Below, in pieces: positions 1 to 10,122 of a DNA stretch of 64,000 nucleotides; the stretch's first letter is position 1, and every line of letters begins with the position of its first letter. Below the pieces are notes generated by a model. That model did no database searches, was not told the origin of the DNA, and saw nothing but the letters and a program-made list of their open reading frames with translations. The DNA lies in contig JBGTCK010000017.1 in the NCBI GenBank assembly GCA_041748855.1, forward strand, positions 8,124 to 72,123, read 5' to 3'. Position numbers and translations under genes: made by a program. This stretch comes from Acidimicrobiia bacterium (GTDB taxonomy: Bacteria > Actinomycetota > Acidimicrobiia > Spongiisociales > ZC4RG35).

Positions 1-282
1 GCAGGCTGTAGTGGACATGTTGGGAGAACGGCGAGCGCAGCTTCCAGCCAAACCCTGACATCACCCAGAACACGAACATCACCACCAGGGCGATGCCTTC
101 AACGAGCAGGTAGAGGAACAAGAACCAGAGGATCCGCAAGATCCGCCAGTTGCCCGGCACATAGCGGCTGACAAAGGCAGCGGCGACGAGCCACAGCGGC
201 AGGGTCAGCAAGGACGCCACGATGGCAACGACCAGCGCCGGGGCGATCAGGACCCGGCGTAGCCATCTGGGGGGAAGGGACA

Positions 283-1119
283 TTAGAGAGCTGCCAGGTA
301 GTCGACGGATGCGTTGTATCCCGCCGAGACCAGGGCGTCGGTGTCACCCAACTCGCTCCAACGCAGCTGACGGCGGTCATCGAAGTCGAGGGCATTCCCG
401 GAGGGCAGCACATGGACTTCGACCCCCTCAGGGAGGTTGGCCATCGTCGAGGTGAAGCGATGTCTCCGGGCTATCTCGAAGGAGATCAAAGCCGCCTCAT
501 GCAATCGCCTCGGGGGCCGCAAGTCAGACTCCACGCGGCCAACCTGGAGGACGAAGACACGGGCTGCTCCCATTTCCACCGCGCGGGCCAAGGGCACGGA
601 GTTGACGAGACCGCCGTCGTAGAAGTGCTCACCATCGATCTCGACGGGGGGGAAGAGTGCAGGAATGGCTGAGGAGGCAAGCAAGGCGTCGATCAGGGGT
701 CCGCGATCGAACCAGTGCTCGGCGGCCCTCTCGATAGATGCTGCCACACACTGGAAGGGGACGGCCAGGTCTTCGATCCGGGAATCGGCGCCATGCACGT
801 CCTGGAGCAAAGACCGGAGACCACCCGCGTGCTGCATCGCGGGACGGAACAAGGCGACACTTCGGGCCCGCTCGAAAAAACTACCCATCATCAGCCCGGA
901 GGACGAAATATCCTCCCAGAGACCCCGAAGTCGCTCGACGCCAGCTGTCCCCGGTTGCTCCGCGATCACCGAACCGTTGAATGCTCCGATCGAGGTGCCC
1001 AGCACCAGGTCGGGTTTGATCCCAGCCTCATCGAGCGCTTTCAGCATCCCAACTTCGACAGCACCCCACTTCCCTCCGCCTCCGAGGACGTAAGCGGTGT
1101 TGACTTGTCGAGAGGTCAC
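283..1119 (-). CDS. patatin-like phospholipase
   Basis: N-terminal Gly-rich loop LGGGGKWGAVEVG followed by GTSIGA (GxSxG nucleophile elbow), typical of the patatin family; full-length ORF of 278 aa. Confidence 0.8.
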   Translation of the reverse strand: MTSRQVNTAYVLGGGGKWGAVEVGMLKALDEAGIKPDLVLGTSIGAFNGSVIAEQPGTAGVERLRGLWEDISSSGLMMGSFFERARSVALFRPAMQHAGGLRSLLQDVHGADSRIEDLAVPFQCVAASIERAAEHWFDRGPLIDALLASSAIPALFPPVEIDGEHFYDGGLVNSVPLARAVEMGAARVFVLQVGRVESDLRPPRRLHEAALISFEIARRHRFTSTMANLPEGVEVHVLPSGNALDFDDRRQLRWSELGDTDALVSAGYNASVDYLAAL

Positions 1120-1169
1120 GGCCAGACGTTAGTGGTGCGACAAGGGCGCAGGCCGCGCAGCTCCTCGGG

Positions 1170-1538
1170 TCAAGCCTGGTCTTCCTCGATGTACCACTCG
1201 GTGAAGTCGGAGCACTTGTCGTCTTCGTCGAATCTGATCACGAAGAGGTTGCGGTAGGTCATCGGCGGCGTGTGATAGACCGTGCTTCCGGCGACCACGG
1301 CCAGATCTCCGGCTTCGACAATCGGGATCCACTGGAAGTCCCAGTTATCGGGATCGTCGCCGATCTCCACCCAATGTTCGACGATCTCTTCGATTCCGTC
1401 CCACTCACCTCCTGCCGTCTGCGGGTCGTACACCGCATCGGGGGTGAACAGGGCAGCGATGTCTTCGGGTGAATTCGTCGACCAGGCGTGCACATAGCCA
1501 TCCATCCACGTGTTTAAGCGTTCGCTGGGCTCGATCAT
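1170..1538 (-). CDS. NTF2-like / SnoaL-like small protein (start chosen at internal Met MIEPSERL)
   Basis: About 120-aa core (MDGYVHAWSTNSPEDIAALFTPDAVY...) resembling SnoaL/NTF2-fold proteins; the upstream part of the ORF is Arg-rich and is probably not translated. Confidence 0.45.
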   Translation of the reverse strand: MIEPSERLNTWMDGYVHAWSTNSPEDIAALFTPDAVYDPQTAGGEWDGIEEIVEHWVEIGDDPDNWDFQWIPIVEAGDLAVVAGSTVYHTPPMTYRNLFVIRFDEDDKCSDFTEWYIEEDQA

Positions 1539-1578
1539 CTGTCGGCTCCGTCTGAGCCTATGGGAGAAGTCATATGTG

Positions 1579-3180
1579 TCACCTCGACGAAGATAACGGA
1601 CCGGAGGGCTCAGGCGATGTCGAGTCCCAGATTGCGATCGCTCCGGGGCCGAGAAAGACCAGGCTGCCATGCGGTTCGTACGCGCCGTCTGCAAATAGCG
1701 GGCCCCCGAGACGATTCATCTGGACGGCGTCACTGCCGAAGTTGATCGCGACACTGGTCGACTCGTCGTCGACCCAGCGAAGGTACACGAGAACATTGTC
1801 ATCGGGTGAGTCGAGACTTCGATACTCACCGACCCGCAACGAAGTCCGCTGCTTGCGCAGCGCCAGCAGATTGCGGTAGAGATTAAGCAACGACTCAGGC
1901 TCAGAGCGTTGCGTCTCGACGTTTCTTTTCTCCGGTTCAGGACCTATCGGGATCCACGGAGTGGATTCGCTGAACCCGACCAGCTCAGAAGGGTCCCATT
2001 GCATAGGTGTCCTGCAACCGTCCCGGCTCAGGAAGGAGACATTGTCACCCCACGGGTCGCGGCCCTGGTTAGAACCGTTCAGCATCCCGACCCCGTCCCC
2101 GTAGTAGAGGAAAGGGGTGCCGCGAAGCGTGGTGAGCAGCACGGCCGCCTGGCGCGCGGAAACGTCACCCAGTCTGCTTGCGATCCGAACCTCATCGTGG
2201 TTCCCCATCGTCCAGTTGGTCCATGCCCATTCGGGGAGCACCGCTTCCACCTTCTCGACCGCTTTCCTCACCGCCTCTGCCGTCCAGTCCGCGACCATCA
2301 AGTTGTAGTTGAAGGGCATGGTCAGCTCGTCGTCCGAACCGAAGTAGTTGAGCCAGCGGCTCGGATCGAACTCGTGAATCTCTCCGATTGTCAGAATCCC
2401 CCGCTCGTATTCGTCGGTGAGTTTGCGGATCTGGCGGTGGATCTCATGGACATCTTCGTGGCCGAGGTCCCAGAGATGGATCCACCTCCCGTATTCCCCC
2501 ATCTCTTTGTAGGGGTCGACGTAGCCGGGCGGTGTGGGCGGGTTATCGCGATTCTCGGGGTCCTTCATTATCTGATGGGCGGCGTCGACCCTGAAACCAT
2601 CCACCCCGCGATCGAGCCAGAATCGAATGACTCCCATCATCGCCTCGACCACGTCGGGGTTGCGCCAGTTCAGGTCGGGCTGGGTAGGAAGGTAGGTGTG
2701 GCGGTACCATTCCCCTGTCGCGTGGTCCCACGACCAGGCCGGCCCGCTGAACACGCTCACCCAATTGTTGGGCGGGTTGTCCTCGGTCCCGGGTTCCCAG
2801 ACGTACCAATCTCGCTTCGGGCTGACTGGGGACGACTTCGAGTCGAGAAACCACGGGTGCTGATCCGACGTGTGGTTCAAAATGAGATCCATGATCAGCC
2901 TCAAACCCCGCCCGTGGACTGATCCGAGAAAACTGTCGAAGGCATCCATGTCACCGAACAGCGGGTCGATTGCGGTGTGATCGGTTACGTCGTAGCCCCA
3001 ATCGGCCATCGGTGATTCGTAGACGGGAGAAAGCCAGATCGCATCGACGCCGAGCCACTCGAGATGATCCAGTTTCGACTCGATCCCCTTCAGATCACCG
3101 TATCCATCGCCGTCGCTGTCTTTGAAGCTGAGCGGGTAGATCTGATAGAAGACGGCCTCGCGCCACCAGCGATTATTCAT
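1579..3180 (-). CDS. GH13 alpha-glucosidase / oligo-1,6-glucosidase family
   Basis: N-terminus REAVFYQIYPLSFKDSDGDGYGDLKGI...LGVDAIWLSPVYESP and the downstream GFRVDAA block are hallmark GH13 subfamily motifs; 533 aa. Confidence 0.85.
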   Translation of the reverse strand: MNNRWWREAVFYQIYPLSFKDSDGDGYGDLKGIESKLDHLEWLGVDAIWLSPVYESPMADWGYDVTDHTAIDPLFGDMDAFDSFLGSVHGRGLRLIMDLILNHTSDQHPWFLDSKSSPVSPKRDWYVWEPGTEDNPPNNWVSVFSGPAWSWDHATGEWYRHTYLPTQPDLNWRNPDVVEAMMGVIRFWLDRGVDGFRVDAAHQIMKDPENRDNPPTPPGYVDPYKEMGEYGRWIHLWDLGHEDVHEIHRQIRKLTDEYERGILTIGEIHEFDPSRWLNYFGSDDELTMPFNYNLMVADWTAEAVRKAVEKVEAVLPEWAWTNWTMGNHDEVRIASRLGDVSARQAAVLLTTLRGTPFLYYGDGVGMLNGSNQGRDPWGDNVSFLSRDGCRTPMQWDPSELVGFSESTPWIPIGPEPEKRNVETQRSEPESLLNLYRNLLALRKQRTSLRVGEYRSLDSPDDNVLVYLRWVDDESTSVAINFGSDAVQMNRLGGPLFADGAYEPHGSLVFLGPGAIAIWDSTSPEPSGPLSSSR

Positions 3181-3248
3181 CTAGGGAATCCTGACGGTAC
3201 GGGCATGCTGATACATCGACGGCACTTCGGAAAAACGTTAGACCGCCA

Positions 3249-4505
3249 ATGCCGAACGCCCTGGATAATCTCCCGGTAACCCTGGTGACACATGACCAGG
3301 CGACTCGGGTGTTCGGAGCGGCAAAAGGTGACCCGGACTGTCTGATCTGGCAGGATCATCGGGTGACCAATCCCTACTTCGTCGCACTCGAGTGCGGGCA
3401 CTGCGCCACCCGCCACAGCCACCGCGAGCCGCAGACACTATGCCGGGAGTGCGCCGGGCCCCTCCTCGCCCGCTACGACCTGAACCATCCGGCCCTCCCC
3501 TCTCTCGATGACTTGAGACGTCGTCCCCCCGGGCAGTTCCGCTTCCACGAGGTTCTCCCCACCGACGGTGGTGCTGCCACCCCGACCCTGGGCGAAGGGG
3601 CAACTCCCCTGCTCCGTGCACGCGGGCTCGGACCGGATATTTGGATCAAAGACGAGTCGCAGAACCCGACCGGGTCGTTCAAGGCCCGGGGCATGGCGGT
3701 TGCGCTGGCCAGAGCCGTCGACCTCGGGCTCAAGCATTTTGCCCTCCCCTCCAACGGCAACGCCGGGGGCGCTGCCGCCGCCTACGGGGCGCTGCATGGA
3801 GTCGAGGTCGAGGTAGTTGTCCCCCTGGCCACCCCGCAGACACTCATCGACGAACCCCGTGCGCTTGGGGCCAGGGTGGAGACGGTGGATGGAACCATCG
3901 CCGACGCCGGAAGGATCGTCGCATCACGGTGCGAAGCAGGTGAGGCATTCAACCTGGCCACCCTGCGCGAACCGTTTCGGATCGAGGGAAAGAAGATGAT
4001 GGGCTACGAACTGTTCTGGGATCTGGGCCGGCTCCCCGACGTCGTCGTCTATCCGACCGGTGGCGGGACGGGTCTCATCGGGATGGTCAAAGCCTTCGAC
4101 GAGATGGAAAAACTCGGCTGGATCGGCGCTGAACGTCCCCGGATGGTTGCCGTTCAAGTCGACTCCTGCGCCCCGATCGTCAAAGCGTTCCACGATGGCT
4201 CGGCGCACGCCAGCCCCTGGGTCGATGCCGGTGAGACCGCCGCATTCGGCCTCCGGGTGCCATCCGCGGTTGGCGACCGACTCATGCTCGAGGGTTTACG
4301 CAATACCAACGGCACCGCCGTTGCGGTTGGGGAGGGAGAGATGCTCGAAGCCACCGACCTCCTCGCCCGCCAGGCCGGCGTCTGGGGCTCACCCGAAGGC
4401 GGGGCCTGTCTCGCCGCGGTCGACCGTCTCCGGGAAAGCGGCTGGCTCGAGACGGGCGAAACAACAGTGATCTTCAATACCGCAACCGCCACCAAATACC
4501 GATGA
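3249..4505 (+). CDS. thrC: threonine synthase-like PLP-dependent enzyme with N-terminal Cys4 zinc ribbon
   Basis: PLP-lysine motif GSFKARGMAV (SFKDRG-like); N-terminal CGHC...CREC; length 418 aa typical of the short threonine synthase class. Confidence 0.65.
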   Translation: MPNALDNLPVTLVTHDQATRVFGAAKGDPDCLIWQDHRVTNPYFVALECGHCATRHSHREPQTLCRECAGPLLARYDLNHPALPSLDDLRRRPPGQFRFHEVLPTDGGAATPTLGEGATPLLRARGLGPDIWIKDESQNPTGSFKARGMAVALARAVDLGLKHFALPSNGNAGGAAAAYGALHGVEVEVVVPLATPQTLIDEPRALGARVETVDGTIADAGRIVASRCEAGEAFNLATLREPFRIEGKKMMGYELFWDLGRLPDVVVYPTGGGTGLIGMVKAFDEMEKLGWIGAERPRMVAVQVDSCAPIVKAFHDGSAHASPWVDAGETAAFGLRVPSAVGDRLMLEGLRNTNGTAVAVGEGEMLEATDLLARQAGVWGSPEGGACLAAVDRLRESGWLETGETTVIFNTATATKYR

Positions 4506-4690
4506 AGTCACCGCTCACTCTCGCCGCCGGCGTTTTCCTGATCCTGGGCGGTGCGATCTGGATGCTTCAAGGCTTGAACGTGGCATTCGCCCCGGAGAGC
4601 TTCATGACCGACAACCGCTGGTGGGTCGTATGGGGTGCTCTGGCCACTCTTGTCGGGATCTTGCTGGTCTTTCGCTCCCGTACCAGGTAG
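4502..4690 (+). CDS. small two-TM membrane protein
   Basis: ATGA start/stop overlap with the upstream gene; two hydrophobic helices in 62 aa. Confidence 0.35.
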   Translation: MKSPLTLAAGVFLILGGAIWMLQGLNVAFAPESFMTDNRWWVVWGALATLVGILLVFRSRTR

Positions 4691-4747
4691 GGAGCCTGTC
4701 TAGTCAGATGGTGGAGATCCGGTATGACCACCAACTTTTTTTGAGTT

Positions 4748-4972
4748 TTGCCGATAACAAGGGGAATGAATCAGACGAAAGCCTCCCCGGCTGAAAACAT
4801 CACCGGTGGGACGACGAAGAAGCATTGTGAGTGGTGTGAGAAGCCTGCCGGTTTCATTACTCCGCTCGGACTGCTCTGCGCCGACCACGCAATGGCGGCC
4901 ACTCTCAATCAGGAGAAGGGCGACGACCGCTGGATGCCGGTGCCGGTCCACAAAACCAAGCGCAAGTCCTGA
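4748..4972 (+). CDS. small Cys-containing hypothetical protein
   Basis: CEWCEK...LCADH cluster suggests a small zinc-binding protein; weak support. Confidence 0.25.
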   Translation: MPITRGMNQTKASPAENITGGTTKKHCEWCEKPAGFITPLGLLCADHAMAATLNQEKGDDRWMPVPVHKTKRKS

Positions 4973-5193
4973 CAGGGTTCAGGTGTTCTGACCGACCCGG
5001 ATCAGGTGGTTGCGAGCGTCGGGTGCGTCTCCGTCACACTGAAGCCTTCGACTACGCCTGCTCCCTGGAGAAGCACTTCGACAATATCGCCGACGCCAAG
5101 GAATGGCCCGCCTAGCCACTTGGTCCTCGGTCGAGCCGGCAGCGCTACCACGAGGTTGCCATAATTCTCAGCCCCGGACAGAAAGAGTCAGAT

Positions 5194-5556
5194 ATGGGTT
5201 CACTGTTGGTTCACATCACACATGGCCCAGAGGCACCAACGAGGGCTGCCCTTGGCCTATTGGTGGCGAAAACGGCCGCCGAGGAAGGACACGATGTCAA
5301 GGTGTTCCTCGCCGGCGATGCCGCCTATCTCGCCAAAGACGCGGTGATCGAGCACTTGAAGGGAATCGGCACTGGTGCGATCAGCGACACCTTCCCGGCT
5401 GTCGTCAGTGCCGGCGTCCCGATATTCATCTCAGGCGGATCGTCGAAGACCCGCGGCGTGACCGATACCGATCTCGAAGGCAAGGGAGCCACATTCGCCA
5501 TGCCGTCGAAACTGGTGGAACTCACCTTCGAAGCCGACCGAGTGCTCTGCTACTGA
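5194..5556 (+). CDS. DsrE/DsrF-like sulfur-relay family protein
   Basis: About 120 aa; MGSLLVHITHGPEAP...VKVFLAGDAAYLAKD pattern resembles the DsrE/DsrF/TusD fold. Confidence 0.5.
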   Translation: MGSLLVHITHGPEAPTRAALGLLVAKTAAEEGHDVKVFLAGDAAYLAKDAVIEHLKGIGTGAISDTFPAVVSAGVPIFISGGSSKTRGVTDTDLEGKGATFAMPSKLVELTFEADRVLCY

Positions 5557-5668
5557 ATCTGCTGCGCTGAAGTGGTCGCTTGGGACCGACCCATCGCGAA
5601 GGCGGTTTAAACGAGCCTTTCTCCCTATGCGGACATATCCCGTCCGCGTTTCGATCTACGCTGCCGCC

Positions 5669-6244
5669 ATGACTGAATACTCGGTCAAACCGCTCGGAAG
5701 CGAAACCTTCGACGCCTTCGCCCGACTTGTCGAGAAGCACAATGGCGTGTGGGGTGGCTGCTGGTGTCTTGAATTCCACCCGAAGTCTCCCGAGCGCGGG
5801 CAGAGCCAGGAGGGTAACCGCGCCCTGAAACAGCGACTGGTCAACGACGAACAGGCCTATGCCGCTCTGGTCTTCGACGGCGATGATGCAGTTGGGTGGT
5901 GCCAGTTCGGCAGCACGGAGGAGTTGCCGAGAATCACCCACCGCAAGGAATGGGAGGCGAACGTGGTCGTCCATCCTGACTACCGACTCACCTGCTTCTT
6001 CGTCGACCGGGACCACCGGCGGAGCGGGGTCGCAGAGACTGCGTTGCACGGTGCGATGGACCTCATCGCGAAGGCGGGAGGTGGCGTGGTTGAGGCATAC
6101 CCGTACGACACCGAAGGCAAGAAGGTCAACGGTTCGTTTCTCTACAACGGCACCCGAGTCCTCTTCGAACGGGCCGGTTTCGAATACGTGCGACCCAAGG
6201 GCAAGAACCATTGCGTGATGAGCATGAACGTCCCGTCAAGCTGA
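5669..6244 (+). CDS. GNAT family N-acetyltransferase
   Basis: About 190 aa; acetyl-CoA-binding style region (DRDHRRSGVAETALHGAMD); start taken at MTEYSVKP. Confidence 0.55.
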   Translation: MTEYSVKPLGSETFDAFARLVEKHNGVWGGCWCLEFHPKSPERGQSQEGNRALKQRLVNDEQAYAALVFDGDDAVGWCQFGSTEELPRITHRKEWEANVVVHPDYRLTCFFVDRDHRRSGVAETALHGAMDLIAKAGGGVVEAYPYDTEGKKVNGSFLYNGTRVLFERAGFEYVRPKGKNHCVMSMNVPSS

Positions 6245-6316
6245 TCGAGTGCTCTGCTACTGAGTTAGAGCTGTGGAAGAACGGCCCCTTTCCCGTCAGG
6301 CTGCGATACTTGGCGA

Positions 6317-7831
6317 GTGAGGCGTCTGATATCCACTCTTCGTGTGGGTGTGGGGTTTGCTCTACTCGTCGCTCTCTTCGCCGCCTGTTCTTCAAACGAC
6401 GATGCTCAGAACGATCAGCCTTGGGGGTCTGAGGCTTCGGCATTCTTCGAGGCGCTGTCTGTCGAGCATTCGGCCAACGATTTCTACGGGGTGCTCGACT
6501 TCTACACCCCTTCTGCATTCGTCGAGAAGTGGCGGGGCGATCTTCGCGGTGGGGCACCGATTGCAAAGTTGCTCCGCTGGAACTCGGGAGATCTCGACCA
6601 GGAGATCCTCGGGGTCTATCTCAGCTCACAAGGTGCATTGACGACGGTCTCGTGGGACTCCACCGGGGATTGGGGCGCGGTGGCGAGCGAGATCGCGGGT
6701 GGACTGATCGACAGCGAGACGGTGTTCGATTTCACCGGCTCCCTGGAGCGAAGCCTGAGGGCCTCTCCCGATGTGATCGCCAACTATGAGAGCCTCTACA
6801 CCGATTATGTCGCAGCGTGGTCCAGCGGGGTCGACGACGACATTGCACACCTGTACACGCCATCGGCGGTCCTCATCGACTCGCTACTGGGGTTCGACAT
6901 CGAGGGAAACCGCCCGATTGCTGACCTCGGGCAGACGGGTATGGCGACAGTCGCGGCCTCTGATACCGGGGGTCTCGATGAGCGGCCCGCCATTTATCTC
7001 GGACCCGTTCAGTACGGCCAGGACCCGGGCCGGGCAGTGGCGATCTTCGATGTCACCGATCAATCCGGTTGTGTCCATCGCGTTGGAATCCTCTGGCGTC
7101 TCGAGACGGGGCTGATTGCCTCCGAAGACCGCTACCACGATGTCGGCTCGTTCCCTGGGTGCTTCACCACCAAACCGCAAGGCTGGTGGACGGGCCTGCC
7201 GTTACCCGCCCCCAGCGACGAGGTCGTCACCAACGTGCTGCGCACGCCGGCCGGACATGAGGTGAGTGTTCACAACGGGACCCCGCTACTGGAACAGGTC
7301 CTTCAGGATGCTCTCAGCCGCTACACCGAGGCAAATTTGGCCGAGCCGAGCTTCGATGCGGTCATCTTTGAGCCGAGCCGGCAATGCATCGGGCGGTCAG
7401 GGCGGCTGACCCAGTCGGAGGGAGTGCGCAATCTCTATATCTGTCTCTTCGAGAGCGACCTGTGTCCTGGAGTCGGGCCATGTCTAGAGCCGACCCTTTC
7501 CGTCAAAGGAATTGTGCTCCACGAACTGGCTCACGCCTGGACACTCGATCATGTCTCCGACGAATTGGAGGCCCGTTTTCTCAAACTCATCGGCCTCGAT
7601 GTATGGCAGCAGGACGACCTGCCCTGGTCGGAACAGGGCACCGAGTACTCCGCTGAAGTTATTGCCTGGGGACTTCTCGACCGACCATCGCGTATGGTGC
7701 GGATCGGCGATCCAGCTTGTGAGGACCTCACGGCTGCCTTTCGTCTGCTCACCGGCATCGAGCCGCTGCAGAGTTGCGAACTGGCTGAGGCCACACCTAC
7801 TCAAATGACCCTCCGCCCCTACTCATTCTGA
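6317..7831 (+). CDS. lipoprotein with C-terminal HExxHxxxxxH (metzincin-like) motif
   Basis: Signal peptide plus lipobox LFAAC-S; HELAHAWTLDH near residue 405. Confidence 0.55.
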   Translation: MRRLISTLRVGVGFALLVALFAACSSNDDAQNDQPWGSEASAFFEALSVEHSANDFYGVLDFYTPSAFVEKWRGDLRGGAPIAKLLRWNSGDLDQEILGVYLSSQGALTTVSWDSTGDWGAVASEIAGGLIDSETVFDFTGSLERSLRASPDVIANYESLYTDYVAAWSSGVDDDIAHLYTPSAVLIDSLLGFDIEGNRPIADLGQTGMATVAASDTGGLDERPAIYLGPVQYGQDPGRAVAIFDVTDQSGCVHRVGILWRLETGLIASEDRYHDVGSFPGCFTTKPQGWWTGLPLPAPSDEVVTNVLRTPAGHEVSVHNGTPLLEQVLQDALSRYTEANLAEPSFDAVIFEPSRQCIGRSGRLTQSEGVRNLYICLFESDLCPGVGPCLEPTLSVKGIVLHELAHAWTLDHVSDELEARFLKLIGLDVWQQDDLPWSEQGTEYSAEVIAWGLLDRPSRMVRIGDPACEDLTAAFRLLTGIEPLQSCELAEATPTQMTLRPYSF

Positions 7832-7966
7832 AACGACAGCGGTCCGGATACTGACTCTGTCTCGTCTGGCGTCTCGAGGTCCCAACACATAGGGTCCTCG
7901 ACGGCAGCGAATACCCGCCGCCCTCACCCAAATGACCCGGCTTGCATACGTGTAGAGGACAATGAG

Positions 7967-8908
7967 TTGATGGACGTCATGGAATGGCTGTTGGACTCCG
8001 ATCCGGCAATCCGCTGGCAGGTGATGCGCGACCTGGCAGGAGAGCCCACGGAGGTCGTACTTGCCGAGCGCTCGCGCGTGGCTAGCGATGGCTGGGGCGC
8101 AGAGTTGCTCGAGTTGCAGGACCCGGACGGACGTTGGGACGGCGGCACCTATCGACCGGGTTGGGTCGATGAGTCCAAACCCTTCTTCGACGCCTGGACA
8201 GCAACGCACTTCTCGCTCCAACTCCTGCGTGAGTTCGGTCTGGACCCGGACAGCCCCGAGGCACGCGATGCCCTCGCTCTAGTCCGCGGCAACGTCCGCT
8301 GGAACGCGAACGGCGCTCTCTACTTCGAGGGCGAGGTCGAGCCTTGCATCAACGGGGTTGCCCTGGCGAACGGTGCGTACTTCGGTGAGGTAGTCGATGG
8401 GATCGTTGACATCCTCCTGAGCGGTCAACTCGAGGACGGGGGCTGGAACTGCTGGGCCGACTACGGCGCGACGGTGTCGTCATTCCACTCGACGATATGT
8501 GTGCTGGACGGACTGCTGGAATGGGAACTCACCGGCGGCTCGTCGGACGAAGTGGCGACCGCGCGTTCGAAAGGAGAGGAATACCTCCTCGAGCGCGGTC
8601 TGATGCGGACTCGGTCGACGGGGCGGATCATCGACCCCAGATTCACGATGTTCTCGTTCCCGACCTACTGGTACTACGACGTGCTCCGCGCCCTCGACTA
8701 CTTCCGCTCGAGCGGAGCCAAGTTCGACAAGCGATGCACCGGGGCGATCGATCTGGTCATATCGAAGCGCAGGGCAGACGGTCGATGGCCGTTGGAGAAC
8801 ACTCACCAGGGCCCAACCCACCTGGAGATGGACGGAGCGGAAAACGACCCCAGCCGCTGGAACACCCTACGTGCGCTTCGTGTCCTGAACTGGGCCGGAA
8901 CCAGCTAA
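7967..8908 (+). CDS. hypothetical protein
   Basis: Long clean ORF with good codon bias; repeated W/G-rich segments (DGGWNCW, DGRWDGG); no confident family assignment. Confidence 0.45.
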   Translation: MMDVMEWLLDSDPAIRWQVMRDLAGEPTEVVLAERSRVASDGWGAELLELQDPDGRWDGGTYRPGWVDESKPFFDAWTATHFSLQLLREFGLDPDSPEARDALALVRGNVRWNANGALYFEGEVEPCINGVALANGAYFGEVVDGIVDILLSGQLEDGGWNCWADYGATVSSFHSTICVLDGLLEWELTGGSSDEVATARSKGEEYLLERGLMRTRSTGRIIDPRFTMFSFPTYWYYDVLRALDYFRSSGAKFDKRCTGAIDLVISKRRADGRWPLENTHQGPTHLEMDGAENDPSRWNTLRALRVLNWAGTS

Positions 8909-9013
8909 AACCAAGGCAGCGGACGTTTCAACGCAAGCCGAATCACCGCTCTCAGGCCCGCAGCCGCGGCAATCAAGAAGCCCCGGGCCAATGTCCCGTG
9001 CGCTGTTGGTCGG

Positions 9014-9511
9014 CTAGTCCTCGATGACATCGAGACCCTGGGCGCGGAGGCGGGCAATGCCATCGAGCATTCCTTGTAGAGCCTCAGAACTGTGGCCCTC
9101 CCAGGTCTCGACCTCGTCGACGACCCGCAAGGGATGGCGGGTTCGATACGACTGGGTGACGTTGCCGGGGAACCTCTTGTTGGTGACGTTGGGGTCGTCC
9201 TCGAAGGGGCCCGTGGGCTCGACAATGTATACGTAACCCCGACCGCTGCTTCCGGAGAGCGAGTTGGCCAGTTCCGCCCCCCAGACGGCGGGTTCGAGCT
9301 GTGCCGCAAAGTACACGTGGTTCGAGACCCGACCCTCTTGATAGTTCGACGGATGGCCGGGAACCAAGAGTTCACCCACATCGAAGGCGATGCTGGTGCC
9401 GTGGTAGAAGGGGCCGGTGATGGGATCACATCGCTCGTACGTAACTGGGAAGTACTCGGCGTCGCCCGGTTCCTTGCCGGCTTCGTGAGTCTTCATTGGA
9501 TCCACTTCCAT
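9014..9511 (-). CDS. arr: NAD(+)--rifampin ADP-ribosyltransferase Arr
   Basis: GPFYHGT...HVYFAAQLEPAVWGAELA...GRGYVYIVEPTGPFEDDPNVTNKRFPGNVTQSYRTRHPLRVV...DVIED matches the conserved Arr core almost motif-for-motif; about 160 aa as expected. Confidence 0.88.
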   Translation of the reverse strand: MEVDPMKTHEAGKEPGDAEYFPVTYERCDPITGPFYHGTSIAFDVGELLVPGHPSNYQEGRVSNHVYFAAQLEPAVWGAELANSLSGSSGRGYVYIVEPTGPFEDDPNVTNKRFPGNVTQSYRTRHPLRVVDEVETWEGHSSEALQGMLDGIARLRAQGLDVIED

Positions 9512-9534
9512 AAGCGGAGGAATATACTCCGTTT

Positions 9535-10122
9535 ATGGTTGATGAGAAAGTGGATCCGGACCCGCCGCTGCGCTCCGATGCTCGCCGCAACCGGCAACGG
9601 CTTGTCAACGCAGCAACCGAACTGGTTCTCGAGGTGGGCGGCGAACCGGGACGCGACGCTGTGGCCCGACGTGCCGGTGTCGGGATAGCCACGTTGTATC
9701 GCCACTTCCCCGATCAGCAAACCCTTCTGCGGGCCGTCGCGATCGACGTCCTCGATCGGACGATCGCCGCCGGTGAAGCTGCACTCGCCGACTCCGAGGA
9801 CTCTGCCAGCGCCTTACGTCGCTACCTCCACGCAGCGATCGACATCGGGCTCGGTGCCGTCAGCATCGTGCATCCCCTACTCGACAACGTCGACTGGCCT
9901 GAGCAGCGGACCGCAGCACAGAATCTGCTCGAGAGACTTGTCGACGCCGCGCAGCGCGACGAAACGCTCGCAAGCGACATCACTGCCACCGAAATTGCAT
10001 TCGCCACAATCCGGTTCTGCCGACCGCTCGCAATTGGCCTCGACTCCGCCCAAGAACGAGCAATCTCCCATCGACAGCTCGACATCTATATCAATGGTCT
10101 GACCCAAAACCAGGATCGATGA
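9535..10122 (+). CDS. TetR family transcriptional regulator
   Basis: N-terminal HTH RRNRQRLVNAATELVLEVGGEPGRDAVARRAGVGIATLYRHFPDQQTLL; divergent from arr. Confidence 0.8.
   Translation: MVDEKVDPDPPLRSDARRNRQRLVNAATELVLEVGGEPGRDAVARRAGVGIATLYRHFPDQQTLLRAVAIDVLDRTIAAGEAALADSEDSASALRRYLHAAIDIGLGAVSIVHPLLDNVDWPEQRTAAQNLLERLVDAAQRDETLASDITATEIAFATIRFCRPLAIGLDSAQERAISHRQLDIYINGLTQNQDR

Noticed and set aside
1909-2922. 337-aa plus-strand ORF
   Set aside because: Lies antisense inside the GH13 alpha-glucosidase gene, whose protein carries unmistakable family motifs.
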